A DNA stretch of 64,000 nucleotides, from assembly GCA_965217865.1 (NCBI GenBank), contig CBDCJO010000001.1, positions 160,001-224,000 on the forward strand, given 5' to 3'. The notes beneath the pieces were generated by a model. The model had not been told where the DNA came from and ran no database searches. It saw only the letters and a list, made by a program, of their open reading frames with translations. The position numbers were made by a program, and so were the translations under genes. Source of the DNA: Candidatus Latescibacterota bacterium (GTDB lineage Bacteria; Latescibacterota; UBA2968; SICM01). Below, in pieces: positions 10,178 to 20,425 of the stretch (position 1 is its first letter; every line of letters starts with the position of its first letter).

Positions 10178-10223
10178 ACGCAGGTCAGGTTCTGGTTCCG
10201 CCTTCCAAGGAATCGAGTTTCAA

Positions 10224-11051
10224 ATGATACTGGGTTTTTCCTCACCGACCTTCGGTGGTGTCATCCCGGAGGGGAAACAGCTCTCATGGCTTCTCGACAG
10301 GTGTTCGGAATACGGCCTGAAGGCCCTTGAAGCAGGTTTTTCTGTATCTGAGGATTCTCGGGATGTCGGTCGGAAGGCAAAGGATCTGGGTGTCACCTGG
10401 ATAGGTTACTGGGCAAACGATTTCATTACCCCGGAGGGCGGCGGGCCGGGGCTTCGGGATCGGGCGGAACAGGCGTTCGACACAGCCGTGAATGGGGGTG
10501 TGCGGACCCTCGCGATTTTTGCCCGCAACCACGATCGGTTCACTCACGATCCCCCCCTGTCCGATCAGTTGCGATTGGCCTCGGAGCACCTGAGACTCGT
10601 GGCCGAAGCGGCATCCGACCGGGGGCTGCAGCTTGGACTCCTGCCTCACCTGGACTATCGCGGCCACGAGCTTGTGTCGGTGATGATGGCGGTGGATCAC
10701 CCCGCCTTGAAAATGGCGTTCGACACGACCAATCCGTTCCCGGTCTGCGAAGAGCCGGTGGAGGCCGCGAAGGTGGTGCTTCCGCACGCAGTTGCCGTGG
10801 CCTTCAAGGATGTTCGGATCTACCCCCAGAGATCTAACGATGTCACGATCTGGGGAACCCCTATCGGCCAGGGTTCGGTCGATTTCAAAACGATCATTCC
10901 GATGATGTCCGAACGGCTTCCCGATCCGGACCGAACCACCGTCTGTATCAAACTCCGTCTGCCGAATGACAGCATGGAGCACGCCTCCTGGATACGGCAG
11001 AGCCTGGAATTTATCAAAGCGTTCCCGGAGTTTCAGAGGGAGGGGCAATGA
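10224..11051 (+). CDS. Sugar phosphate isomerase/epimerase (xylose isomerase-like TIM barrel)
   Basis: FDTTN, FKDV, PIGQGSVDF; several metal ligands look degenerate (LLPH for LENH). Confidence 0.7.
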   Translation: MILGFSSPTFGGVIPEGKQLSWLLDRCSEYGLKALEAGFSVSEDSRDVGRKAKDLGVTWIGYWANDFITPEGGGPGLRDRAEQAFDTAVNGGVRTLAIFARNHDRFTHDPPLSDQLRLASEHLRLVAEAASDRGLQLGLLPHLDYRGHELVSVMMAVDHPALKMAFDTTNPFPVCEEPVEAAKVVLPHAVAVAFKDVRIYPQRSNDVTIWGTPIGQGSVDFKTIIPMMSERLPDPDRTTVCIKLRLPNDSMEHASWIRQSLEFIKAFPEFQREGQ

Positions 11052-12460
11052 CCTTGGCGTTGAACCCATCGACAACCCTATCGGGACAATCGGGAACCCC
11101 GGATTCTGAACTCGCCTGCCACGTCATGGCGAAACCGTCGGGGGCGATCTGCAACATCGACTGCAAATATTGCTTCTACCTCGAAAAAGAGAAGCTCTAC
11201 CCGGATATTCAAAAAAACTGGCGAATGGACGATGAGACCCTCGAACACTATGTGTCTCAGTATATCCAGGCCCAGGATGTTCCGGAAGTCAACTTTGCCT
11301 GGCAGGGGGGTGAGCCGACCCTATTGGGAGTGGAATTCTACCGAAGGGCGGTCGAACTGCAGAGGAAGTATGCCAACGGAAAAACCGTTTTTAACGCCTT
11401 TCAGACCAACGGCATTCTGCTGGATGACGAATGGGGAGAATTTCTCGCAAAGAATCGGTTTCTGATCGGCATCTCGATCGATGGTCCGCGCGAGCTTCAC
11501 GACCGGTTTCGAGTAGACAAAGGCCAAAAGCCCACCTTCGACAGGGTGATGGCCGGCCTGGAGACACTGAAGAGACACGAGGTCGAGTTCAACACCCTGA
11601 CCGTCCTCCAGAACCACAATGCAGATTTCCCCATCGAAGTCTATGGCTTCCTCAAGGAGATCGGAAGTCGGTTTATGCAGTTCATCCCGATCGTCGAAAG
11701 AATGGCTCTCCAACCCGAGTCAGACGGGCTCATCATGATCGGGCCCGATTTCGACGGGCGTGCCCAGGTATCCGATTGGTCCGTCGGCTCAGCTCAATAT
11801 GGAAAATTTCTGTGCAAGGTATTCGATGACTGGGTCCGGAACGATGTGGGACAATATTTTGTGCAGATCTTCGATGTGGCCCTCCAATCCTGGATGGGAA
11901 TGGACCCCAGCCTTTGCATTTTCGCGGAAACCTGCGGCAAGGCTCTGATCATCGAACACAACGGTGACCTTTATTCGTGCGACCATTTCGTCTATCCGGA
12001 GTACAGGCTGGGAAACGTCAGGGATATGAGTATTCGGCATATGGTGGAGAGCGCGCAGCAGACAAAATTCGGATTGGACAAGCATGACACTTTGCCCAAA
12101 TATTGTCGTGAATGCGAATTCCGATTTGCCTGCAACGGGGGTTGTCCGAAACAGCGGTTCATCACGACTCCAGACGGGGAAGAAGGCTTGAATTACCTGT
12201 GTAAAGGTTACAAGATCTTTTTCGGGCACGTCGATCCTTATATGCGATTCATGGCCGACGAGCTCCGGGGAAGACGTCCCGCGGCCAACGTTATGGACTG
12301 GGTTCGACAGCAGGATGCCGCCAAGCGCCCCCCCCCGACCCGTAACGATCCCTGTCCCTGCGGGAGCGGGAAAAAATATAAGCGCTGTTGTGGTTCGGCG
12401 GCAATGGCAGGATCGGAGGCTCCGGATCCAAAAAATCAGATGTACGCAAGCAGAGGCTGA
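11048..12460 (+). CDS. Anaerobic sulfatase maturase (radical SAM/SPASM) with C-terminal SEC-C motif
   Basis: AKPSGAICNIDCKYC, WQGGEPTL, YSCDHFV, C..C.....CNGGCPK, RNDPCPCGSGKKYKRCC. Confidence 0.93.
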   Translation: MTLALNPSTTLSGQSGTPDSELACHVMAKPSGAICNIDCKYCFYLEKEKLYPDIQKNWRMDDETLEHYVSQYIQAQDVPEVNFAWQGGEPTLLGVEFYRRAVELQRKYANGKTVFNAFQTNGILLDDEWGEFLAKNRFLIGISIDGPRELHDRFRVDKGQKPTFDRVMAGLETLKRHEVEFNTLTVLQNHNADFPIEVYGFLKEIGSRFMQFIPIVERMALQPESDGLIMIGPDFDGRAQVSDWSVGSAQYGKFLCKVFDDWVRNDVGQYFVQIFDVALQSWMGMDPSLCIFAETCGKALIIEHNGDLYSCDHFVYPEYRLGNVRDMSIRHMVESAQQTKFGLDKHDTLPKYCRECEFRFACNGGCPKQRFITTPDGEEGLNYLCKGYKIFFGHVDPYMRFMADELRGRRPAANVMDWVRQQDAAKRPPPTRNDPCPCGSGKKYKRCCGSAAMAGSEAPDPKNQMYASRG

Positions 12461-12511
12461 TACAATTCGTTTGATTTGTTTTTTTACTTTTGGCTTTCAA
12501 GGAGGTGCCGT

Positions 12512-13303
12512 TTGGCTAAGTCCGCTTCGGCAAACACGGTTCGGCTCACCGATCAACAACTCGAATCGTTCAACCGGGAGGGTTACATCGTAGTCGAGGA
12601 TCTGGTTCCCCAGGAACAGGTCGAAAATCTTCGTCGCCGCCTTCAGGATTACACCCACGGAGACCGACCACGGGGAAAAATCCGTGTTCAGGCCGAACCC
12701 CGTGTAGCCCGTGGTGAGTTCAAAGTCGACCACCCGGGCGATGGAATCCGAAAGTTGGAAGGGCTCGTGGAGGAAGACGATCTGTTTCAGCAGCTGGGCC
12801 TCAACCAGGTAATCGTCGGAATCACCGAACAGATCCTCGGTCCTGATCTCAAGATGTTTCGAAACGCCCTTATGGTCAAGCCGCCCAAGGTCGGTTCTCA
12901 GAAGGGCATGCACCAGGACTCCCCTTACTGGCCCATAGAGCCTATGGCGCTCTGCTCCTGTTGGTTTGCCCTGGACGACGCTACCGAGGAAAACGGCTGC
13001 ATGGGGGTCCTCTCAGGCTGGCACAAAAAAGCGCCTCTACCCCACACTAAGGTCACCGATGATTTTTTGATAGACGATAAATATTACGACTTCAATCAGA
13101 TGGTTATGGCCCCGGTCCGGGCTGGAGGAGGTCTGATCTTCCACTCGCTGACCCCTCATTACACCGCCCCCAATCGATCCGACAAGCCCCGTCGAGCCAT
13201 CGCCCTATCCTACATGTCTTCAAAATCACGGTATTCTAAGGACGGAGAAGGGCCCGAGTACTTCCACGTCAAAGGGGAAACCTATCCGGGCTGCGTTCGT
13301 TGA
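12512..13303 (+). CDS. PhyH family dioxygenase
   Basis: HQDSPYW, WFALDDATEENGC, FHSLTPH...PNRS. Start at TTG 12512 after AAGGAGGT. Confidence 0.87.
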   Translation: MAKSASANTVRLTDQQLESFNREGYIVVEDLVPQEQVENLRRRLQDYTHGDRPRGKIRVQAEPRVARGEFKVDHPGDGIRKLEGLVEEDDLFQQLGLNQVIVGITEQILGPDLKMFRNALMVKPPKVGSQKGMHQDSPYWPIEPMALCSCWFALDDATEENGCMGVLSGWHKKAPLPHTKVTDDFLIDDKYYDFNQMVMAPVRAGGGLIFHSLTPHYTAPNRSDKPRRAIALSYMSSKSRYSKDGEGPEYFHVKGETYPGCVR

Positions 13304-13365
13304 GAAAAAGCAGTGGCAGTGGAAGGCAACAGACCAGGAAAAAACCAAACCCAACCTAATTTTTC

Positions 13366-13597
13366 GGTGATTATATACTTGATAAAGTCATGATAGTGAT
13401 GAAGGCTCTGTCTACTCAAACAATCTGTTGGCAGTCCCCATGCCGACAAATATAGAAACAGGACATCAAAAATCAGGTAAAGAAATCGCTCGAATCGGAC
13501 GATCTCCGGCCAAAGGACGGGGCATTCTGCGAAACTTTCGCAAAAAACTCAACATTTTGGGATAAAGCAAATAGCCTTTGTCAAGTATATAATTCCC
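13366..13597. mobile_element. 232-bp MITE, IS1595-like
   Basis: TIRs GGTGATTATATACTTGATAAAG and rc GGGAATTATATACTTGACAAAG (19/22 match); perfect 8-bp TSD AATTTTTC at 13358-13365 and 13598-13605; no ORF >=60 aa in the track. Confidence 0.85.
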
Positions 13598-13638
13598 AAT
13601 TTTTCTAACCCTTCGTCTTCAGCTACATTCTCCTTTCT

Positions 13639-14943
13639 ATGTCCTTAAAATTCCTCCACTTTGCGGATGTACACCTAGGCGTTGAGAACCACGGACGGTT
13701 GGACCCCAATACCGGCCTACACACGCGCGTTCTGGATTTCATTAAGAGTCTCCGCTTCACGGTGGAAACCGCGATAAAAGAGCAGGTTGACCTGGCGATC
13801 TTTGCCGGGGATGCTTATCGGACCTGCGACCCGAACCCCACGCATCAGCGCGAATTTGCCAAGGGGATAAAGGCCCTCAGCGACGTTGGGATACCGATCG
13901 TGATGATCACGGGCAACCACGATCACCCCGTATCCTTCGGACGGGCAACCTCCATCGACATATTCAGCACCCTGGACACCCCGGAAGTCCATAACTTCAC
14001 CCGGCCGGGCATTTCAAAAGTCGAGACCAGATCAGGCCCCGTACAGATCGTATGCCTCCCATGGCCTTCTCGGAGCAATGTCCTGACAAGGGATGAATAC
14101 CGTGGCCTCTCGGACGACAAAATCACGCAGATCATTCAGGAAAAATACACCGACATCTTAAAAGGCTTTGCTGAAGAAATCCTACCAGATTATCCGGCGA
14201 TCCTGGCCGCTCACGTCGCCGCAGCGGATGCCCTCTATTCCGGATCCGAACGAACTTCGGTGATCGGCCGGGACCCGATCTTTCTGACAAGCAACCTGGC
14301 AAATCCGGCCTTTGATTATGTTGCCCTGGGCCACATTCACCGACACCAGGATCTGAACCCGATGGGAACCCCCCCGGCCGTATACAGCGGTAGCATCGAT
14401 CGGGTAAACTTCGGAGAAGAGCAGGAGGATAAAGGTTTCTGCATCGTTACCATAGAGGACGAGAAGGAGGGAAGGGGACCTGAAGCATTGCCCTTATTTT
14501 CTTCTGGAGTGAAGACTTCGCGTCCGTGGAAAACGTCCTACCGCTTCGTCCCGACCCATGCCAGGCCTTTCCGCACAATTAACGTGAAGGTCCGCCCGGG
14601 GGAGGATCCAACCCAGGCCGTCCTCCAGGAGATCAATCGTCACGACCTCGAAGACGCCGTCGTCCGCGTGATATATGACATCCAGGACGAAAACCAAGAG
14701 GATATCGATCTCAAGGCCGTTCGCTCTGAGCTCGAACCTGCTTTCCTGGTTTCATCCGTATTGAGGAAACCCCGGGAAACCGAACGCTTCAGAAGATCTT
14801 CCGTTTCAGAGGACACGGGGCTGGAGGACGCGATTATTCGTTATATCGAGAACAATCCGGAATTGACGCCCATGAAGCCCGACCTGGTCTCTTACGCAAA
14901 TCGGCTGGAGAATGAGCTGGAAGAAGGAAACGACCCGTTATAA
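13639..14943 (+). CDS. sbcD: SbcD/Mre11 nuclease
   Basis: ADVHLG, FAGD, GNHD, ALGHIH, YSGS....F.E. Confidence 0.92.
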   Translation: MSLKFLHFADVHLGVENHGRLDPNTGLHTRVLDFIKSLRFTVETAIKEQVDLAIFAGDAYRTCDPNPTHQREFAKGIKALSDVGIPIVMITGNHDHPVSFGRATSIDIFSTLDTPEVHNFTRPGISKVETRSGPVQIVCLPWPSRSNVLTRDEYRGLSDDKITQIIQEKYTDILKGFAEEILPDYPAILAAHVAAADALYSGSERTSVIGRDPIFLTSNLANPAFDYVALGHIHRHQDLNPMGTPPAVYSGSIDRVNFGEEQEDKGFCIVTIEDEKEGRGPEALPLFSSGVKTSRPWKTSYRFVPTHARPFRTINVKVRPGEDPTQAVLQEINRHDLEDAVVRVIYDIQDENQEDIDLKAVRSELEPAFLVSSVLRKPRETERFRRSSVSEDTGLEDAIIRYIENNPELTPMKPDLVSYANRLENELEEGNDPL

Positions 14944-15021
14944 AAACCCGGTCCTCCCTGATCCCCGACCGCCGGCACCCAAACCCCCTTTTCCAAGTCC
15001 CCCTTTGGAACCCGCTGCTCT

Positions 15022-18000
15022 ATGGTACCCGTCCGTCTGACCCTCCATAATTTTCTCAGCTACGGTGAGGACGTTCCCACGATCGATTTTTCAGCGTTTC
15101 GCTTGGCCTGCATCTCGGGACAAAACGGTCACGGTAAATCTGCGCTGATCGATGCCATCACGTGGGCGCTTTGGGGCGAAGCCCGGAAAGGACCGGGCGG
15201 TCGCAAACCCGATCCCGACCTGCTTCGAATCGGAGCATCCGAGATGCGTGTGGAGTTCGAATTTGACCTGGAGGGAACCCATTACAGGGTTTTGCGAAGC
15301 TTCCGAAAGACCGGCCGAGGGGGGACGGTCAATCTTGAACTTCAGGGTTTCGATTCCGAGAGGTCTTCCTACGTGGCGCTCTCTGAGGCCGGTTCGGTCA
15401 CGAAGACTCAAGAACGCGTCGAATCCCTGCTCCGGATGTCCTACAACACGTTCATCACCTCTTCCCTCGTACTTCAGGGTCGATCCGATGAATTCACGAC
15501 CCGTCCGGCAAGGGAGCGAAAGGGCGTCCTTGCAGAGATCCTTGGCCTGGACCGGTATGATCGCCTCGTCCGTCTTGCCCGACAAAAGGGGCATCAAGCC
15601 CAGCTGCAGGCGGAACTCCAGAGGTCGAAACTTACCGCAATCGACACCGCACTGAAGGACCGGCCCGAAATCGAACGGGAGATGTCGGAGATCGACGGTT
15701 TCATCGAAAATGCCGAAGCCAGAACCCGGGACGCAGAAAAAGCCCTGAACGATTTGGTGGCAAAAAGATCGGAGGCCAATGCCAGGCTCCGGGAGGCCGA
15801 CGACATCAAGGCGGCAATGGCGACCGGCCAGGCGGAATTGTCGGAGGCGCTGCAGGAAGCGGACCGAATCCAAAGCCAGATCCGGGAGGATGAAACCCTC
15901 CTTGCACGTCGAAAAGAGATTGCATCCGAGATCGAAACCCATAACCGCCTGCGCGCCCAGGAGGCCGCATTCCAGAACAAACTCAAAACGCTCCGGGAAC
16001 AGGAATCCGACAAGTCCAGGCTCGAGGTAAAAATTGTTGAGGCCCGGCACAATATCGAGCGGCGAAGGGAGAAATGGACCGCCCGGTTAAAGGCCGCTGA
16101 AGAGACCATTGAAAAATCCCAGGTATTTACCTCCAGGAGGGAGGAAATCGAGAGAACATATGACGAGCTTGAGACCGCTCGGAGGGAGTTCCGGTTGTGG
16201 GAGGAACGTCGAAGCAAGTTTGAGGAACTCGAAGTTCAGACGGGGAAACTCGAGAAACAGATAGATGAGGTCCGCTCCCGTCTCGATGCAGAAGCGAAAG
16301 TCCTCCGGGGCCAACATCAGGATCTCCTGGAAAAGGCTGGAGCGGAACAAGGCGCTCGGGCGGATCTGGCCACCGAAAAGGAAGAGTTCGAACGGCTGCG
16401 AAACCTGGAGCAGGAGGCAAATCGTCTTCGTGATCAAGAGCGTTCGCTGGCAGCCAGGGCCGATCAGGATCAACTGGTAGCTGTAGCGTTGGAAACCGAG
16501 ATAAAGGGGGCAAACGAACGGTTAGACCTCTTAAAAAAGACGGATGAAGCAAATTGTCCCCTCTGCGAATCTCCGCTCGATGCCGAGCGAAGGGAATCCC
16601 TGGTTGCCCAGCTGTCGGAGGATTTTCGACAAAAACAATCCGATTCCGAATCACTGAATCAAAATCTCCACGAGGATAGGGAGCGACTAGCACAATACCA
16701 CGAGCGCTTCGAGTGTATCAAATCCTCGACGGAAGGAATATCGGATCTTCAACGTCGCATTGTCCTTCTCGAGTCCCGGATCGCCGAAGCGATTCAGGCT
16801 GCGAAATCGGCCGATCAGCTGGCTGAACGAATATCCTCACTCGAGGTCCAGATTCAGACCGGATCCTTTGCCGAGGACCAGCGACGTCGGTTGATGGTCC
16901 TCCGGAGTTCCATCGAAGCCGTGGGTTATCAACGCGAAGCGCACAATTCGATCCGTGAGAAGATCGAAGCTCTCTCGTCCGTCGAAAGAGAAAAAGCCCG
17001 CCTGGATGCAGCTGAGGAGAGCCTGAAGGTCGCTCGAGGAAATGCCGACGAGTCACGTGAAAAAATCGACTTGGCTGACGGATATCTCAAAGAACGACGC
17101 TATGCCCGGGAAGAGCAGGCTGAACTTGGCGCGGTGGTCGACCGGATCAAAGCCCTTGGCTATGACCCCGAACGCCATCGAAGCGTTTCCGAGGACGTGG
17201 AGCGCACGTCCCAGGCACTGACCCTGAAGGAACGGTTGGAGATGGCTGAAAACCGGGTTGGGCGGGCACAGGAGGATCTCGCGCGGGTGGAACGGCGTAC
17301 GGACAACCGTCAACGGCGTGTAAAAGAGCTGAAAGACCGGTTGGAAATCCTTAATCGGGACACGCTCGACGCAGAGGACTTCGATCGATCGATTAAAACC
17401 TCAGAGACGAACCTCAGGACATTCCGGATCGAGAGAGACCGACTCCTCCAACGCAGAGGGGGCCTGGCCGACCGCATTGATCGGTGTCAAGCGCTCGCAT
17501 CCGAAAGAGATGAGGTGGAGAAAGCCGCGAAGACTTCAGAGAAAGACATGGCTGTCTACGAAGCCCTCACCACAGCCTTTGGAAAGGATGGGATTCCAGC
17601 CCTCATTATCGAAAATGCCATCCCGGAGATCGAATCGGAGGCCAACCAGATCCTGTCCCGGCTCACGGCCAACAGGACCCACGTGGCCATCGAATCCCTG
17701 CGGGACCTCAAAAAAGGCGGAACCCGGGAAACCCTGGACATCAAGATCAGCGACGAACTCGGCGAACGCCAGTACGAACTCTACTCCGGCGGAGAGGCAT
17801 TCCGCATCAACTTCGCCTTACGAATCGCCCTAGCCAAGTTGTTGGCCAAAAGGGCGGGGACGCGCCTTCGAACGCTCATCCTGGACGAAGGCTTTGGGAC
17901 GCAGGATACCGAAGGCTTGGAACATCTGATCGAGGCAATTCAGGCCATCAGCCAGGACTTCGACAAAGTCCTGATCATTACCCACGTCGATGAGATCAGG

Positions 18001-18072
18001 GACGCCTTCCCGGTCCGCATCGAAGTTACTAAATATCCCGATTTGGGCTCGAGGTTCGAGGTATTCCAATAA
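15022..18072 (+). CDS. sbcC: SbcC/Rad50 SMC-family ATPase
   Basis: Walker A GQNGHGKS, long coiled coil, CPLC Zn hook, YSGGE signature, ILDEGFG Walker B. Confidence 0.93.
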   Translation: MVPVRLTLHNFLSYGEDVPTIDFSAFRLACISGQNGHGKSALIDAITWALWGEARKGPGGRKPDPDLLRIGASEMRVEFEFDLEGTHYRVLRSFRKTGRGGTVNLELQGFDSERSSYVALSEAGSVTKTQERVESLLRMSYNTFITSSLVLQGRSDEFTTRPARERKGVLAEILGLDRYDRLVRLARQKGHQAQLQAELQRSKLTAIDTALKDRPEIEREMSEIDGFIENAEARTRDAEKALNDLVAKRSEANARLREADDIKAAMATGQAELSEALQEADRIQSQIREDETLLARRKEIASEIETHNRLRAQEAAFQNKLKTLREQESDKSRLEVKIVEARHNIERRREKWTARLKAAEETIEKSQVFTSRREEIERTYDELETARREFRLWEERRSKFEELEVQTGKLEKQIDEVRSRLDAEAKVLRGQHQDLLEKAGAEQGARADLATEKEEFERLRNLEQEANRLRDQERSLAARADQDQLVAVALETEIKGANERLDLLKKTDEANCPLCESPLDAERRESLVAQLSEDFRQKQSDSESLNQNLHEDRERLAQYHERFECIKSSTEGISDLQRRIVLLESRIAEAIQAAKSADQLAERISSLEVQIQTGSFAEDQRRRLMVLRSSIEAVGYQREAHNSIREKIEALSSVEREKARLDAAEESLKVARGNADESREKIDLADGYLKERRYAREEQAELGAVVDRIKALGYDPERHRSVSEDVERTSQALTLKERLEMAENRVGRAQEDLARVERRTDNRQRRVKELKDRLEILNRDTLDAEDFDRSIKTSETNLRTFRIERDRLLQRRGGLADRIDRCQALASERDEVEKAAKTSEKDMAVYEALTTAFGKDGIPALIIENAIPEIESEANQILSRLTANRTHVAIESLRDLKKGGTRETLDIKISDELGERQYELYSGGEAFRINFALRIALAKLLAKRAGTRLRTLILDEGFGTQDTEGLEHLIEAIQAISQDFDKVLIITHVDEIRDAFPVRIEVTKYPDLGSRFEVFQ

Positions 18073-18116
18073 TTCGTCGACCGTGATCCGTCGTTATATG
18101 CCCATCATCATACGCC

Positions 18117-19241
18117 ATGACAACCAACAGTCGCCCGTTCCGCCCGGCGTGGGTCGAAGTCGATCCTGCTGCCATTGTTCAAAACGTTAGAACGGTTCGA
18201 AAATTCGTCGGGGACCGCGTTGAAGTCTTGGCCGTCGTCAAAGCAGACGGATACGGACACGGCCTGGTCGAATCCGCAAGAGCCGCCCTCGAAGGTGGGG
18301 CGGGGACCCTTGGGGTGGCCATCCTCGATGAGGCATTGACACTCCGCGAGAACGGATTTGACGCCCCGATCATTGTGCTGGGATGCGGGCTCCCGGAACA
18401 CGCAGGGGATCTTGTCCATCATCGCATCGCCCAGGTTGTTTCCGATCTTGAAACCCCGACCGCACTGTCCCGCGAGGCCGGAAAACAAAATCGGGTTGCG
18501 GCCGTCCATCCCAAAATCGACACGGGCATGGGACGCGTCGGATGTCCCTTGGATGAAGGACGGGCTTTCATCGACCGCCTGAAATCACTCCCCCACCTGA
18601 AAATCCAGGGGGTTGCCACCCATTTTTCCCTTTCCGATCCAACACAAATCCCCTCCTTGGAGATCCAGGTCAACCGCTTCGATACCCTCCTCAGCCCGAT
18701 TCAACCGGCTTATCCCCGACACGCGGCCAGCAGTGCTGTAACGCTCCTGGATTCGCGGGCTCATCTTGACATGGTCCGGATCGGTCTGCTAATATACGGC
18801 ATCTTGCCTTATGGAGAACCCTGCCCCATCGATCTCCGGCCCGCCCTGGCGCTCAAGGCAGTGGTCACACAGGTCAAGACAGTCCCTCCAGGTTGGACCA
18901 TCAGCTATGGTGAGACATTTGTGACCCGTCGCACCACCCGACTGGCGATCATCCCGGTCGGATACGCGGACGGCTTTTCCCGCCGACTCTCCAATTCCGG
19001 CCACGTCCTGCTCCAGGGAAAACGATGTCCCATCCTTGGGCGGATCTGCATGGACCAATTCGTCGCGGATGTCACGGACCTCGATTCCGTCTCTGTGTGC
19101 GACGAGGCCGTCCTGATCGGGGAACAGGGGAGGGAAAAGATCACCGTATGGGACCTCACCCAGACCATCGACGGAACCCCCCACGAGATCGTCGCCTGTC
19201 TGGGGCCTCGATTGCCCAGGGCTTTTCGACCCTGGTCTTGA
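18117..19241 (+). CDS. alr: Alanine racemase
   Basis: AVVKADGYGHG (PLP Lys), KIDTGMGR, ISYG, GYADG, GRICMDQ. Confidence 0.95.
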   Translation: MTTNSRPFRPAWVEVDPAAIVQNVRTVRKFVGDRVEVLAVVKADGYGHGLVESARAALEGGAGTLGVAILDEALTLRENGFDAPIIVLGCGLPEHAGDLVHHRIAQVVSDLETPTALSREAGKQNRVAAVHPKIDTGMGRVGCPLDEGRAFIDRLKSLPHLKIQGVATHFSLSDPTQIPSLEIQVNRFDTLLSPIQPAYPRHAASSAVTLLDSRAHLDMVRIGLLIYGILPYGEPCPIDLRPALALKAVVTQVKTVPPGWTISYGETFVTRRTTRLAIIPVGYADGFSRRLSNSGHVLLQGKRCPILGRICMDQFVADVTDLDSVSVCDEAVLIGEQGREKITVWDLTQTIDGTPHEIVACLGPRLPRAFRPWS

Positions 19242-19270
19242 GATCTTTCATACATAGAAGGGATATCACC

Positions 19271-20302
19271 GTGGTCTGTTTTCGACGCTCGATAATAATC
19301 ATCTTCTCTGGTGTCTTCCTATTCTCCTGCACCACCCAGCCCTCCATCTATGTTCGTCCCGGTCTGCAGGCTCCTCCGGAAATTCCTGAAGAAAATATTC
19401 GCATCGAATTCGCAGCCGTAGGGGATTTCGGTACGGGGGACATTCGCGCAAAAGCCGTGGCCAGCCGGATTGCCGCTTCGATGATCAAGAGGGACATCCC
19501 CCGCTTCATCCTCTTTCTTGGCGACAATTTCTACGAACACGGAATCGGGGGGCCAGCGGATGCCGAAAAATCCTTTCAACGAGCGATCGATTTCCCGGGT
19601 TACGGACGCTTGATGTCTCGACACCGAATTCCGATCTATATCATTCCGGGCAACCACGACCACCGCGGTAGTGTCCAGACACAGCGGGAATTTGGCCGGC
19701 AACGATATGGGGATCTCTGGCGACATCCCATCGACAGTCTTGATCTCTTCTTGCCCAAACTCGTGCGCTTTCCCGAAGAGAACCCCGCCATCGATATGGT
19801 TCTGGTCGACTCTGAAGTCATGATAGATCACCCCTCCCCAAGGATGTTTCATCGCCACATCTCGGTCCTCGATTCTCTCTTGAGCCTATCCTCAGCACCC
19901 TGGCGAATCGTAGCCGCCCACCATCCTATCCGATCGGTCGGGAGGCACGCGAACTGGCCGGCCTTCTTCGCTATGTTTTCCAGGCAGGAACTGAAGAACA
20001 AACACTACAAGCGTTATGCGGTGGCGATCGATTCTGTTTTGGTCCGACGGGGTGTACACTTCTTCCTTTCGGGACACGACCATAGCCTTCAGGTTTTCCG
20101 AAGCCCCGGAAAGCCGGTCCACATCATCTCGGGGGCCGGGGGAAAAAGCTCTCCGGTAAGCCCTCTCCCCCCCGCCGGAGATCTCTACTACGCGAATCAG
20201 ATCTATGGCTTCTTCCGGTTGACCGTCGCGGACAGTTCGATCACCTATGCCGCCATTGACACCAGGGGAAAAGTAACCTTTTCGGATCGAATCATCAGAT
20301 AG
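19271..20302 (+). CDS. Metallophosphoesterase (acid phosphatase-like), probable lipoprotein
   Basis: GDFG, GDNFY, GNHD, HHP, GHDH motifs; signal peptide with FLFSC lipobox after GTG 19271. Confidence 0.82.
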   Translation: MVCFRRSIIIIFSGVFLFSCTTQPSIYVRPGLQAPPEIPEENIRIEFAAVGDFGTGDIRAKAVASRIAASMIKRDIPRFILFLGDNFYEHGIGGPADAEKSFQRAIDFPGYGRLMSRHRIPIYIIPGNHDHRGSVQTQREFGRQRYGDLWRHPIDSLDLFLPKLVRFPEENPAIDMVLVDSEVMIDHPSPRMFHRHISVLDSLLSLSSAPWRIVAAHHPIRSVGRHANWPAFFAMFSRQELKNKHYKRYAVAIDSVLVRRGVHFFLSGHDHSLQVFRSPGKPVHIISGAGGKSSPVSPLPPAGDLYYANQIYGFFRLTVADSSITYAAIDTRGKVTFSDRIIR

Positions 20303-20334
20303 GAGATCGGGGTTCCCCGATGTCGAAAATCGAG

Positions 20335-20425
20335 CGCCTGCATTTTTCGCCTTGCATTTTCTTCCCCGACACCCGACCACTGACCCCTGACTTTGCATTT
20401 TCCATTTTTTATTTTGCCTTTTCTT
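20335..20425. repeat. Degenerate 7-nt tandem repeat tract (STRR-like)
   Basis: CCCGACA CCCGACC ACTGACC CCTGACT TTGCATT TTCCATT; same unit families as 999-1134. Confidence 0.65.
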
